NCBI GenBank assembly: GCA_963746845.1
Contig: CAVVCZ010000004.1
Span: 320,001-384,000, forward strand
Length of the DNA: 64,000 nucleotides
DNA from: an uncultured Chloroflexia bacterium
GTDB lineage: Bacteria; Chloroflexota; Limnocylindria; Limnocylindrales; CSP1-4
Direction of reading: 5' to 3'
The translations under genes and the position numbers were made by a program. Shown one piece after another: positions 9,138 through 18,225 of this stretch. The notes beneath the pieces were generated by a model. It saw only the letters and a list, made by a program, of their open reading frames with translations. It was not told where the DNA came from and ran no database searches. Numbering within the stretch: position 1 is the first letter of the stretch; each line of letters opens with the position of its first letter.

Positions 9138-9956
9138 ATGTTCTCGACGCTGCTCGGCGCGCTCCCGGCGATCGGCCTGGCCGACATCGAGGGGACCGGC
9201 CTCGAGCTGCTGGCGACGGGCGGCGCACCGGCCGGCCCGGATCGTTCGCCGGACGATGTCGCGGAGGCCTGGGCCGCGGCGGCCGCGACCACCGAACGAC
9301 CGGTGAAGCAGGTCCTCGCCGGTCCGTACTCGGCGGGTCGCGACGGCCCGAGCACCCGACCCATCGCCATCGCCGAGGCGCTGGTCCCGACGATCGACGC
9401 CCTCGTGCGTGCCGGCTGCGCGTTCATCGAGATCGACGAACCCGGGGCGCTCGCGATCGCCGTGATCGCCGGCGAGCGGCGACGGTTCGTCGACGCGCAT
9501 CGGCGTCTGACGGACGGCGCGCCGGCCGTGCATCTGTCCCTCGCCCTGACCGGTGGCAACCATGACGGGGCGGGAGCGTCGACATTCTTCGATCTTCCCT
9601 ACGCGAGCTACGCGTTCGACCTCATCGCCGGTCCGGACGACTGGCGCCTGATCGCGGTCGCGCCCGGGGATCGCGGGATCGTCTGTGGCGCGCTGGACGC
9701 TCGTCCGACTGCCGACGAGATGCCCGAGGTGCTGATCTGGGCTGCCCACTACGCGGCGTCCACGGCCGGGCGCGGGATGGATCGCGTCGGTCTGGCCAAC
9801 GCGCCGTCGCTCGCGGCGCTGCCGCCGGAGGTCGCCCTCCGCAAGCTCCGCCGCGTGGCGGAGGCAGCTCGTCTGGCGGTTTCGTCACGGGCCGACGTCG
9901 AAGCGACCCTTGGCTCGAGGGCGTTCGGTCGCCGACGGCGCACGGACCGGACGTGA
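9138..9956 (+). CDS. Cobalamin-independent methionine synthase-like fold protein, truncated or divergent
   Basis: VKQVLAGPYS and LVRAGCAFIEIDEP resemble MetE C-terminal domain motifs; AGGAG-like RBS upstream. Confidence 0.55.
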   Translation: MFSTLLGALPAIGLADIEGTGLELLATGGAPAGPDRSPDDVAEAWAAAAATTERPVKQVLAGPYSAGRDGPSTRPIAIAEALVPTIDALVRAGCAFIEIDEPGALAIAVIAGERRRFVDAHRRLTDGAPAVHLSLALTGGNHDGAGASTFFDLPYASYAFDLIAGPDDWRLIAVAPGDRGIVCGALDARPTADEMPEVLIWAAHYAASTAGRGMDRVGLANAPSLAALPPEVALRKLRRVAEAARLAVSSRADVEATLGSRAFGRRRRTDRT

Positions 9957-10462
9957 CGTCCGCGCCGGCCCTGCAGCCCCGCCGGTCGGCGGCCTGGTCG
10001 GCGGTCTTCCGCGTGTCGTACCGCCTGATTCGCATCATGTCGCCGCTGCTCGAGTCGTGGCGAGCCAACGGCCTGCCCGGCCTCGACGGCGTCGTCGAGC
10101 TGCGGATGGTCGGCCGGCGGACCGGCCGGCCGCGATGGATCCTCGTGACGTTGATCACCGTCGACGGCCAGGGCTACGTCGGCCATCCGAACGGCGAGGC
10201 CGCCTGGACGCGCAACATCGAGGCCTCCGGCTCGGTCGAGGTCGATCCCTCGGGCCCGACGGGTCCCCGCTACGCGGTCCACCGCCTCCCTGCCGGGCCC
10301 GAGCGCGACTCGGTGGTCCGGGCCACGTGGCGCCAGCAACCGTTCCCGGCGAACCTCCTCTACCGAGCGGCCGGACGGCATGTCGCCGCGGTGGGTGTCT
10401 ACTACCGCCTGGAGGACCGGGCCGCGCCCGAACCGACGGACGACTCGTTCGCCCGCGCCTGA
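9953..10462 (+). CDS. Deazaflavin-dependent nitroreductase (DDN/F420H2 quinone reductase)-like protein
   Basis: LRMVGRRTGRPR and AWTRNIEA motifs. Confidence 0.65.
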   Translation: MTSAPALQPRRSAAWSAVFRVSYRLIRIMSPLLESWRANGLPGLDGVVELRMVGRRTGRPRWILVTLITVDGQGYVGHPNGEAAWTRNIEASGSVEVDPSGPTGPRYAVHRLPAGPERDSVVRATWRQQPFPANLLYRAAGRHVAAVGVYYRLEDRAAPEPTDDSFARA

Positions 10463-10500
10463 TCCCGGCAGACCGACGTGACTCTTCGCCTCCATGCGTC

Positions 10501-10537
10501 TTGACACATGCAATCGAGTGCATACACTCGATTGCAT
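10501..10537 (+). promoter_or_regulatory. Sigma70-type promoter overlapped by a perfect 13-bp inverted repeat (probable LacI-family operator)
   Basis: TTGACA (10501)-N16-TACACT (10523); ATGCAATCGAGTG-cata-CACTCGATTGCAT (10508-10537); a LacI gene lies in the downstream operon. Confidence 0.7.
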
Positions 10538-10832
10538 CGGCCGTCCGACGCGGTGATGTCACTCCGAGCCGTGGCCGAGCATGCGACCGAGATCGCTCGC
10601 GCTTTCGAGCGCTGGACCAGGCGGACTACCAGCTCGCCCGCGGTGAAGGGACCGCGAGCGAGTCTTCGGTCGGCCGAGAACCTCGTCACCAGGTGGCGAG
10701 GACGGCCGCGAAACCGACATCGGGCCGCGGTCGGCCGCGACACGAGGCCTGCGTAGAAGGGAGGTTCGCCAGCGGGGCGGAGACAGGAGACCGGTGACGA
10801 CCGGCAGGATCGGCTACATGGAGGAAATCGAG

Positions 10833-11876
10833 ATGGCGAGACAGGGCATGCGACGTTGGCTGGCGATCCTCGCGACCAGCGCGCTCGTCGTGTTGAGTGC
10901 GTGCAATTCGTCCAGCTCCGCCGCGCCGGCCGCGAGCGGGGGTAGTGCCGGCACGGCCAACGCCCAGTTCTGCTCCGGGGTGAACCTCGTGTTCTTCCCC
11001 GGCGGAACGGCGGGCGGCGGTTTCGAGACGGTCGTCTACAACGGTGCGAAGGCCGCCGAGGCGGCATTCGGGCCCAAGATCACGTACCAGTGGTCCGATT
11101 GGGACCCGAACAAGATGATCACCCAGTTCTCGCAGGCGATGGCGACCAAGCCCGACGGCATCGCCGTCATGGGTCACCCCGGTGATGCCGCCTTCGACCC
11201 GCTCATCAAGCAGGCCGAGGACCAGGGCATCCTCGTCACCGTCATGAACACCGAGCTCGGCAACGCCCAGGCGAGCTACGCGACGAAGGGCCTCGGCTAC
11301 GTCGGTGCGGTCCTGCACGACGCGGGCTCCGCGCTCGCCAACGAGGCCATCGCGCGTGGTGGGCTCAAGTCCGGCGATCGTGCCTTCGTCTGGGGCCTCA
11401 AGGCCCAGGCCGGCCGCGGCGAGCGGACACAGGGGATCATCGACGCGCTCGACAAGGCAGGCCTGAAAGTCGACTACCAGGAGATCGACGACGCGACCAA
11501 CAAGGATCCGGCCAACGGGACGCCGGTCTTCACGGGCTACGCCTCTTCGCATGCTGACGTCAAGGCCATGTTCATCGACCACGGCAACCTGACGTCGACC
11601 ATCCCCACGTACATGAAGGCCGCCAACCTCGCCGCCGGCAGCGTGTACATGGCCGGCTTCGACGCCTCTGCCGCGACGGTGAAGGGGATCCAGGACGGCT
11701 ACATCAGCCTGGTCATCGACCAGCAGCAGTATCTCCAGGGCTTCATGGCCGTCCAACAGCTGTGCCTCACCAAGAAGTACGGCTTCAGCGGCCTGTTCAT
11801 CAACACCGGTGGCGGCTTCGTCGACAAGTCCAACATCGACGCGATCGCCCCGCTGGTGCAACAGCAGATCCGGTAG
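10833..11876 (+). CDS. Sugar ABC transporter substrate-binding lipoprotein (PBP1)
   Basis: GGAGGA RBS, LSAC lipobox, KPDGIAV and IDQQQYLQGF motifs. Confidence 0.9.
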   Translation: MARQGMRRWLAILATSALVVLSACNSSSSAAPAASGGSAGTANAQFCSGVNLVFFPGGTAGGGFETVVYNGAKAAEAAFGPKITYQWSDWDPNKMITQFSQAMATKPDGIAVMGHPGDAAFDPLIKQAEDQGILVTVMNTELGNAQASYATKGLGYVGAVLHDAGSALANEAIARGGLKSGDRAFVWGLKAQAGRGERTQGIIDALDKAGLKVDYQEIDDATNKDPANGTPVFTGYASSHADVKAMFIDHGNLTSTIPTYMKAANLAAGSVYMAGFDASAATVKGIQDGYISLVIDQQQYLQGFMAVQQLCLTKKYGFSGLFINTGGGFVDKSNIDAIAPLVQQQIR

Positions 11877-12761
11877 GTGGCGGTCTCTCCGGCGGATGAC
11901 CGCCAGATTGGCGGGCGCGAGAGCGCCCGCCAATCGGCTTCCGCCTCTCCGCCACGCCTCGAGCTGCGCGGGGTCTCCAAGTCCTTCGGCGGCGTTCACG
12001 TCCTCGAGGGCATCGACTTCCGACTCGGTTCGAGCGAAGTGGTGGGCCTGCTCGGCGACAATGGCGCCGGCAAGTCCACCCTCATCAAGATCATCACCGG
12101 CGTCCATCGGCCGGACCATGGCGAGATCCTCTTCGGCGGCGAGTCGGTCCAGGGCCTCACCGTCGAGAAGGCGCGTGGTCTGGGCGTCGAGACCGTCTAC
12201 CAGGAGCGGGCGCTGGCGGATCAGCAGCCGCTCTGGCGAAACATCTTCATGGGGCGGCCGCTGACCTATTCGCTCGGATTCCTGCGGGTCGGCCAGATGC
12301 GCCGCATCACCCAGGAGCTCATGGGCGAGTCCATGGGCTTCACATCGGCGGCCCTGACACCGAACACGACCGTCCTGGGCCTGTCGGGTGGCGAGCGTCA
12401 GGGCCTGGCGATCGTCAGGGCCCTGCACTTCGAAGCCGACATCATCGTGCTCGACGAGCCGACGATGGGCCTCTCACTGAAGGAGACCGAGAAGCTCATC
12501 GCCTTCGTCGAGGGGATCCGCGCGGCGGGCAAGTCGGCGATCTTCATCGACCACAACATCTTCCACGTGTACTCGGTTGCCGACCGCATCGTGGTGCTGG
12601 ATCGGGGCCGGGTCGCGGGCGAGTTCCCGACGTCGCGCTACTCCCTCGACGAGCTCATGAACATCATGCGCGAGGTCGCGTCGAGCGGGACGTACACCGA
12701 GGCGGAGCGCTACCGGCCGCCGAGCCAGCCTGCCTCCGAACCTTCGGGAGGGCTCGCGTGA
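11877..12761 (+). CDS. Sugar ABC transporter ATP-binding protein
   Basis: GDNGAGKST, LSGGERQ, LDEPT. Confidence 0.95.
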   Translation: MAVSPADDRQIGGRESARQSASASPPRLELRGVSKSFGGVHVLEGIDFRLGSSEVVGLLGDNGAGKSTLIKIITGVHRPDHGEILFGGESVQGLTVEKARGLGVETVYQERALADQQPLWRNIFMGRPLTYSLGFLRVGQMRRITQELMGESMGFTSAALTPNTTVLGLSGGERQGLAIVRALHFEADIIVLDEPTMGLSLKETEKLIAFVEGIRAAGKSAIFIDHNIFHVYSVADRIVVLDRGRVAGEFPTSRYSLDELMNIMREVASSGTYTEAERYRPPSQPASEPSGGLA

Positions 12762-13753
12762 GCGCGCGGCCCGCGGCGGTCGGCCGGCGGAGCGGGCGGA
12801 GCGTATTCCTCGCCTCCTGGGCGTCGCAGATCGGCATCACGGTGGCGTTCCTCGTCCTGTGGCTCGCCTTCGTCATCCTCGCGCCGACCACGTTCCTGAA
12901 GGCGCCGATCTACCAGTCGTTCGCCCAGACGACGCCGTTCTTCGCGATCATGGCGATGCCCCTCACGATGGTGATCGTTGCGGGCGACATCGACCTGTCC
13001 TTCCCCGCGACGATGTCTCTCGGCATGGTCGGGTTCGTCGGTGCCTGGCAGGCCACCGGCAGCGTCGAGCTCGGCGTCGCCGCGGCCCTCGGCGTCGGCG
13101 TCCTGTGCGGTCTTTTCAACGGGTTCTTCGTCGTGTTCATCGGCATCCCGTCGCTGGTCGTGACGATCGGGACACAGTTCCTCTTCCGCGGTCTCGCGCT
13201 GGTCCTGGTCGGCGGCAAGCAGTACCCGCTGGTCACCACCCAGGCATCGCCCGTGTACGAGGTCCTCGTCGGCAGACTGTTCGGCATCCCGATGGAGTTC
13301 TACTGGCTCGTCCTCATCGCCATCGCCACGTGGATCCTGCTCAACCGCCACCGGCTCGGCCAGAACGCGTACGTCACTGGCGACAACAGGCAGGCCGCCG
13401 CGCTCATGGGCATCCCCATCGGTCGGACACGGATCGCGCTGTTCGTCCTCGTCGGGGTCGCTGCGACGTTCGCGGGCGTCCTCAACAGCCTCCAGGTCGT
13501 CAACTACTACCCATCAATGGGCGACGGCTATCTGCTGCCGACCCTCGCGGCGATCTTCGTCGGCGGGACATCGGTGTTCGGCGGCCGCGGCAGTGTCTGG
13601 GGGACGGCCCTCGGTGCGTTCATGATCGGCGGGATCCAGGCCGGTCTCGTCGCCATCGGGCTGAGCGACTACTACCCCAGCGTCGTGTACGGCGCCGTCA
13701 TCCTGATCTCCGTCTCCATTCACGCGCTCCTGCGACGCCGCTTCGAGTACTGA
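12758..13753 (+). CDS. Sugar ABC transporter permease (RbsC-like)
   Basis: GDIDLS, IPSLVVTIGT, AIFVGGTSVFGGRG motifs; multiple TM segments. Confidence 0.93.
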   Translation: MSARPAAVGRRSGRSVFLASWASQIGITVAFLVLWLAFVILAPTTFLKAPIYQSFAQTTPFFAIMAMPLTMVIVAGDIDLSFPATMSLGMVGFVGAWQATGSVELGVAAALGVGVLCGLFNGFFVVFIGIPSLVVTIGTQFLFRGLALVLVGGKQYPLVTTQASPVYEVLVGRLFGIPMEFYWLVLIAIATWILLNRHRLGQNAYVTGDNRQAAALMGIPIGRTRIALFVLVGVAATFAGVLNSLQVVNYYPSMGDGYLLPTLAAIFVGGTSVFGGRGSVWGTALGAFMIGGIQAGLVAIGLSDYYPSVVYGAVILISVSIHALLRRRFEY

Positions 13754-14955
13754 TGGGCTCGACGAGGACGCCCACCGACCCGCCCGGCGCCGGCAGCCGG
13801 GGCTCGCCCGCGCCGCGGGCCGTCGGCGCGCGGCCACCCACGATGAAGGACATCGCGATCGCGGCGGGGGTGTCACGGAGCACGGTGTCGCGGATCCTCA
13901 GCGATGCTCCTCTCACGGTGCCGATCGCCCAGGAGACCCGGGAGCGCGTCCTGGCTGCCGCACGCGATCGCGGATACCGACCGAACCCGCTTGCTCGGGC
14001 GCTCCGTGGCGCGCCGATGATGCTGCTTGGGGCGATCGTCCGGGACATCACGGACCCGTTCTTCAGCGGCGCCATCGAGGCCGTCTCGCTGGCGGCCCGA
14101 GCCCGTGGCTACAACATCGTGCTCGGCCTCGCTCACGCCCGGGCCACCGAGGCCCTGGAGCTTGCGGCGATCCTCGAGGCGCGCCAGTGCGACGGGATCC
14201 TCCTCCTCGGCGACATGGGTGACCAGCCCCGCCTCCTCGCCGACCTGCGCGACTCCCACGTCCCGGTCGTGGCCATGTGGCAGGGAACCAGGCTCGACCT
14301 CATCCCCGGCGTTCAGGTCGACAACCGCCTCGGCACGCGACTCGCAGTGGAGCACCTGATCGGACTGGGTCACCGTCGGATCGCGTTCATCGGTGGTCGC
14401 CTCCTCGGGGACATCCGCGAGCGGCAGGCCGCCTACACCGCAGCGGTGTCGGCGATCCCGGGCGAGGTCCCTGCGGCATACCTGCAGCATGTCGCCAACA
14501 CGCCGGAGGGCGGAGAAGCCGCGCTCAACGCCCTCCTGCGCCTGTCGCCTCGACCGACCGCGGTGGTCGCCTCGACCGACGTCCTCGCCGTCGGCGTCCT
14601 GCGCGGCGCCCTGCTCCGTGGCGTGCGGGTCCCCGACGAGCTGTCGGTCGTCGGGTTCGATGACATCCCGATGGCGAAGTCGACCGTCCCCGGCCTGACC
14701 ACGGTCCGCATGCCGATCGCGGCCATGGCCGCCGAGGCCATCGCCCTTGCGGTGGGCCCGGACCGCACCGGCTCGGACGGGCACGTCGGCAGCGTCGACA
14801 GTGTTGGCAGTGCGCCGGGGCCGGCCGGAGGTCGGGACCGGGCCGGCGCCGGGCAAGGCGATGCGACGGCGCTGCGTCGAGGGCCATCGACGGTGCGGGT
14901 CTTCCCGCCGACTCTCGTGATCCGCCAGTCGACGACATCGCCGCTCGTCGCTTGA
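13753..14955 (+). CDS. LacI-family transcriptional regulator
   Basis: TMKDIAIAAGVSRSTVSRIL HTH, GYRPNPLARAL, VPDELSVVGFDD. Confidence 0.95.
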   Translation: MGSTRTPTDPPGAGSRGSPAPRAVGARPPTMKDIAIAAGVSRSTVSRILSDAPLTVPIAQETRERVLAAARDRGYRPNPLARALRGAPMMLLGAIVRDITDPFFSGAIEAVSLAARARGYNIVLGLAHARATEALELAAILEARQCDGILLLGDMGDQPRLLADLRDSHVPVVAMWQGTRLDLIPGVQVDNRLGTRLAVEHLIGLGHRRIAFIGGRLLGDIRERQAAYTAAVSAIPGEVPAAYLQHVANTPEGGEAALNALLRLSPRPTAVVASTDVLAVGVLRGALLRGVRVPDELSVVGFDDIPMAKSTVPGLTTVRMPIAAMAAEAIALAVGPDRTGSDGHVGSVDSVGSAPGPAGGRDRAGAGQGDATALRRGPSTVRVFPPTLVIRQSTTSPLVA

Positions 14956-15090
14956 CGAGGGGGCCCTCGGGAGCTCGGATCGGTCGGACCGACGCTGACC
15001 GACCGTGGTGGCCGGCATCCCGGTCGCCAGCCGGCCGGCGAAGGTAGGCTACGAGCTCACCGGTTCGCAGCATCACGGGGTTTCCTCACT

Positions 15091-16353
15091 GTGACGACCA
15101 GGTTCTGGCACGGCTTCGCCGACATGCATACCGTCGCCGACCACGAGGTCGTGATCCGATCGGCCAAGGGCGTCTGGCTCGAGGACATCGCCGGGCGGCG
15201 ATACATCGACGCGACCGCGGCCCTCTGGTTCTGCAACGTCGGCTACGGCCGGGGCGAGATCGCGGCGGCCGTGGGCGAGCAGCTCGTCCGGCTGCCCGCG
15301 TACTCGTCGTTCGGCGCCTATACCTCCGAGCCGACGATCGAGCTCGCCGAACGCCTGGTCGCGCTCGCGCCATTCCCGAACGCCGTCGTGTTCCTGGGCT
15401 CGGGCGGCTCGGATGCGGTGGACACCGCCGCAAAGCTCGTCCGCCGCTACTGGGACGTCGTCGGGCGGCCGGAGAAGCGGGTGATCGTGTCGCGCGAGTT
15501 CGGCTACCACGGGATGCACGGATGGGGGACGTCGCTCGTCGGGATCGGACCCATGAAGACCGGCTACGGCGGCAACTTCATCGACGAGGTCATCAACGTC
15601 GGGACGATGGACGTCGAGACGCTCGGCGCCCTGTTCGCCGAGCGGTCCGGCGAGATCGCCGCGTTCATCGGTGAGCCGGTCGTCGGCGCCGGGGGAGTCA
15701 TCCCGCCCGAGCCGCACTACTGGCCCGAAGTGACCCGCCTGTGCCGCGAGCACGACATCCTGCTCATCGCCGACGAGGTGATCACCGGGTTCGGGCGGAC
15801 CGGGCATCTGTGGGGATCGGAGCGGTACGGGATCGAGCCCGACCTGATCACCTTCGCGAAAGGCGTCACGTCCGGGTACGTGCCGCTCGGCGGTGTGCTG
15901 GTGGGCGAGCGCGTCCGGGCGCCGTTCTGGGACGACTACGTGCCCGGGGCGGTATTCCGGCACGGATACACGTACTCCGGGCATGCCGGCGCGGCGGCTG
16001 CGGCGATGGCGAACCTCGACATCCTCGAGGGCGAGGGGCTCGTGGCGCGCGTCGCGGAGCTCGAGCCGGGCTTCGAGCGGGCCATCCGATTGCTGGAGTC
16101 GGCGCCCGGGGTCGGCGAGGTGCGGACCGTCGGGTTGACGGCCGCCGTGGCGTTCGCGCCGGAGCTGCTGGCCGCCGACCCGGGGCTGCCGGAACGGGCC
16201 GTCGTCGCGGCCCTGGAGCACGGAGTCGCCACGCGCGTCCTGCGCGGCCACGCGCTCCAGATCTCGCCACCGTTCGTGATCACCGAAACGGAGATCCACC
16301 AGATGGTCGAGGGCCTGAACGAGGCTCTGATCGCCGTCGCGGCCGCCCACTGA
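15091..16353 (+). CDS. Class III PLP-dependent aminotransferase
   Basis: LLIADEVITGFGRTG, FAKGVTSGYVPLG, HGYTYSGH. Confidence 0.95.
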   Translation: MTTRFWHGFADMHTVADHEVVIRSAKGVWLEDIAGRRYIDATAALWFCNVGYGRGEIAAAVGEQLVRLPAYSSFGAYTSEPTIELAERLVALAPFPNAVVFLGSGGSDAVDTAAKLVRRYWDVVGRPEKRVIVSREFGYHGMHGWGTSLVGIGPMKTGYGGNFIDEVINVGTMDVETLGALFAERSGEIAAFIGEPVVGAGGVIPPEPHYWPEVTRLCREHDILLIADEVITGFGRTGHLWGSERYGIEPDLITFAKGVTSGYVPLGGVLVGERVRAPFWDDYVPGAVFRHGYTYSGHAGAAAAAMANLDILEGEGLVARVAELEPGFERAIRLLESAPGVGEVRTVGLTAAVAFAPELLAADPGLPERAVVAALEHGVATRVLRGHALQISPPFVITETEIHQMVEGLNEALIAVAAAH

Positions 16354-16371
16354 GCGCCGCGCAATCGCTGT

Positions 16372-16389
16372 CATCCACATCTCGGATGG
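16372..16389. repeat. Palindromic repeat, left copy flanking the HTH-nuclease gene
   Basis: CATCCACATCTCGGATGG; its reverse complement matches 17328-17345 at 16/18 positions. Confidence 0.7.
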
Positions 16390-16438
16390 GTGACGGCCGT
16401 CGCCCTCGTCACACCGTGCCGACCGCCACTCCGTCGAC

Positions 16439-17266
16439 CTACCGGCGCGCAGAGCTGATCCGCAACTCGGATGGCGGTCGGCCCGTCAGCTGCCGCGCCG
16501 CGTCCGCGTAGTCGAGATAGGGAGCCGATCGCCGCCGGCCGTCGGACCGCGTCGGACGAAGCCAGTCCGTTGCCCGGAGCCGCGGATCCACGGTCGCGAT
16601 GGCCCCTCCGAGCGGCTGGCCGGTCGGCTCGGCAACCCACCGTCCCAGCTCGGTCCCGCCCGAAGGAAACGTCCGTTTCAAGGCCGCGCGGTTCAGTTGC
16701 GCGTTCAGGTCATTCTCGGCTGAGGCAAGGAGGAGCAGGGCCGTCGTGGTCGTGCGCGGCCTCCAGGCAAGGCGGTGGGCTGCCGACCAGGCCTCCCGCT
16801 CGTACCAGCTGATCGTTCGCTGGATCGCGCCGACATCGACGATCCGCGTCTTGATCTCGCCGACGATGAGGCTCCGATCGACCTCGCGAAACGCCAGGAC
16901 GTCGATCCAGCCGCGGATCCGCCCTCCGCCGACCTCGACTTCCAGCCGCACCTGCCAGCCGGACCGCACGAGCCGCCGAGCCACGTACCCCGCACACACC
17001 GCGTGCACGAGGTCCCGCTGCTCGCGGCGACCGGCGAGCCCGATCGTTCCCCCGTCCAGCGAGACCCGGATGCCGAGCAGGTTCAGCGCTCCCGATGCCA
17101 GACGCCCGTCGATGTCGCGGGTCCGCCCGGCCTCGAGCCTGGAGATCGCAGCCTGGCTGGAGCCCAGCCGTCGCGCGAGCTCCGTCTGCGACCAACGACT
17201 CTCCCGGCGTGTCTTCCTGATCGTCGCGCCGATCGCGCGGGCGAGATCGAACGCGGTTGACGACAT
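16439..17266 (-). CDS. XRE-type HTH fused to a PD-(D/E)XK/DUF559-like endonuclease domain
   Basis: SQTELARRLGSSQAAISRLEAG HTH; EVEV...GWIDVLAF...GEIKT nuclease-like motif. Confidence 0.75.
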   Translation of the reverse strand: MSSTAFDLARAIGATIRKTRRESRWSQTELARRLGSSQAAISRLEAGRTRDIDGRLASGALNLLGIRVSLDGGTIGLAGRREQRDLVHAVCAGYVARRLVRSGWQVRLEVEVGGGRIRGWIDVLAFREVDRSLIVGEIKTRIVDVGAIQRTISWYEREAWSAAHRLAWRPRTTTTALLLLASAENDLNAQLNRAALKRTFPSGGTELGRWVAEPTGQPLGGAIATVDPRLRATDWLRPTRSDGRRRSAPYLDYADAARQLTGRPPSELRISSARR

Positions 17267-17327
17267 GAACCGGGGATACCACGAGGCGCTTCACCCGCGG
17301 TTGATCAGGCGCCGTGTCCAGCCCGAG

Positions 17328-17468
17328 CCATCCGAGATTCGGATGAGATCGACGGCATCCCCGAGCGACGACCTGCTCCGCGCACATCTCATCGCTCGGG
17401 CCCGGCCACGAATCCATCCGAGAAGCGGATAGCGCGCGATCTCGTCGCCGAAACCTCGGTACGGATGG
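17328..17468. repeat. Cluster of CCATCCGAGAnnCGGAT palindromes upstream of the HTH-nuclease gene
   Basis: CCATCCGAGATTCGGATG (17328), CCATCCGAGAAGCGGATA (17414), partial inverted copy ending CGGATGG (17468). Confidence 0.7.
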
Positions 17469-17690
17469 CCGCGATCCCTGACCGGCTCGCCGGAACGAAC
17501 CGGGCGGCCCCGCGGTTCGGGCGGCGGGTCACCAGAGATCGCTCGCCGAACCTCGGAAGCCGGTGCGAAACGAGGTTGCAGGACGGTCGCGAACGGCGCA
17601 GGATTCAGGGCATTCCCGGACGCAGCTGACCCTGGACGTGGCACCCCGCCGGCCTGACCGTCGGCGCGGTTCTGGAAGGAGGCTCCAGTC

Positions 17691-18200
<510 letters not shown>

Positions 18201-18225
18201 GCCGAGAGCCGAGAGGAGCACCCCG

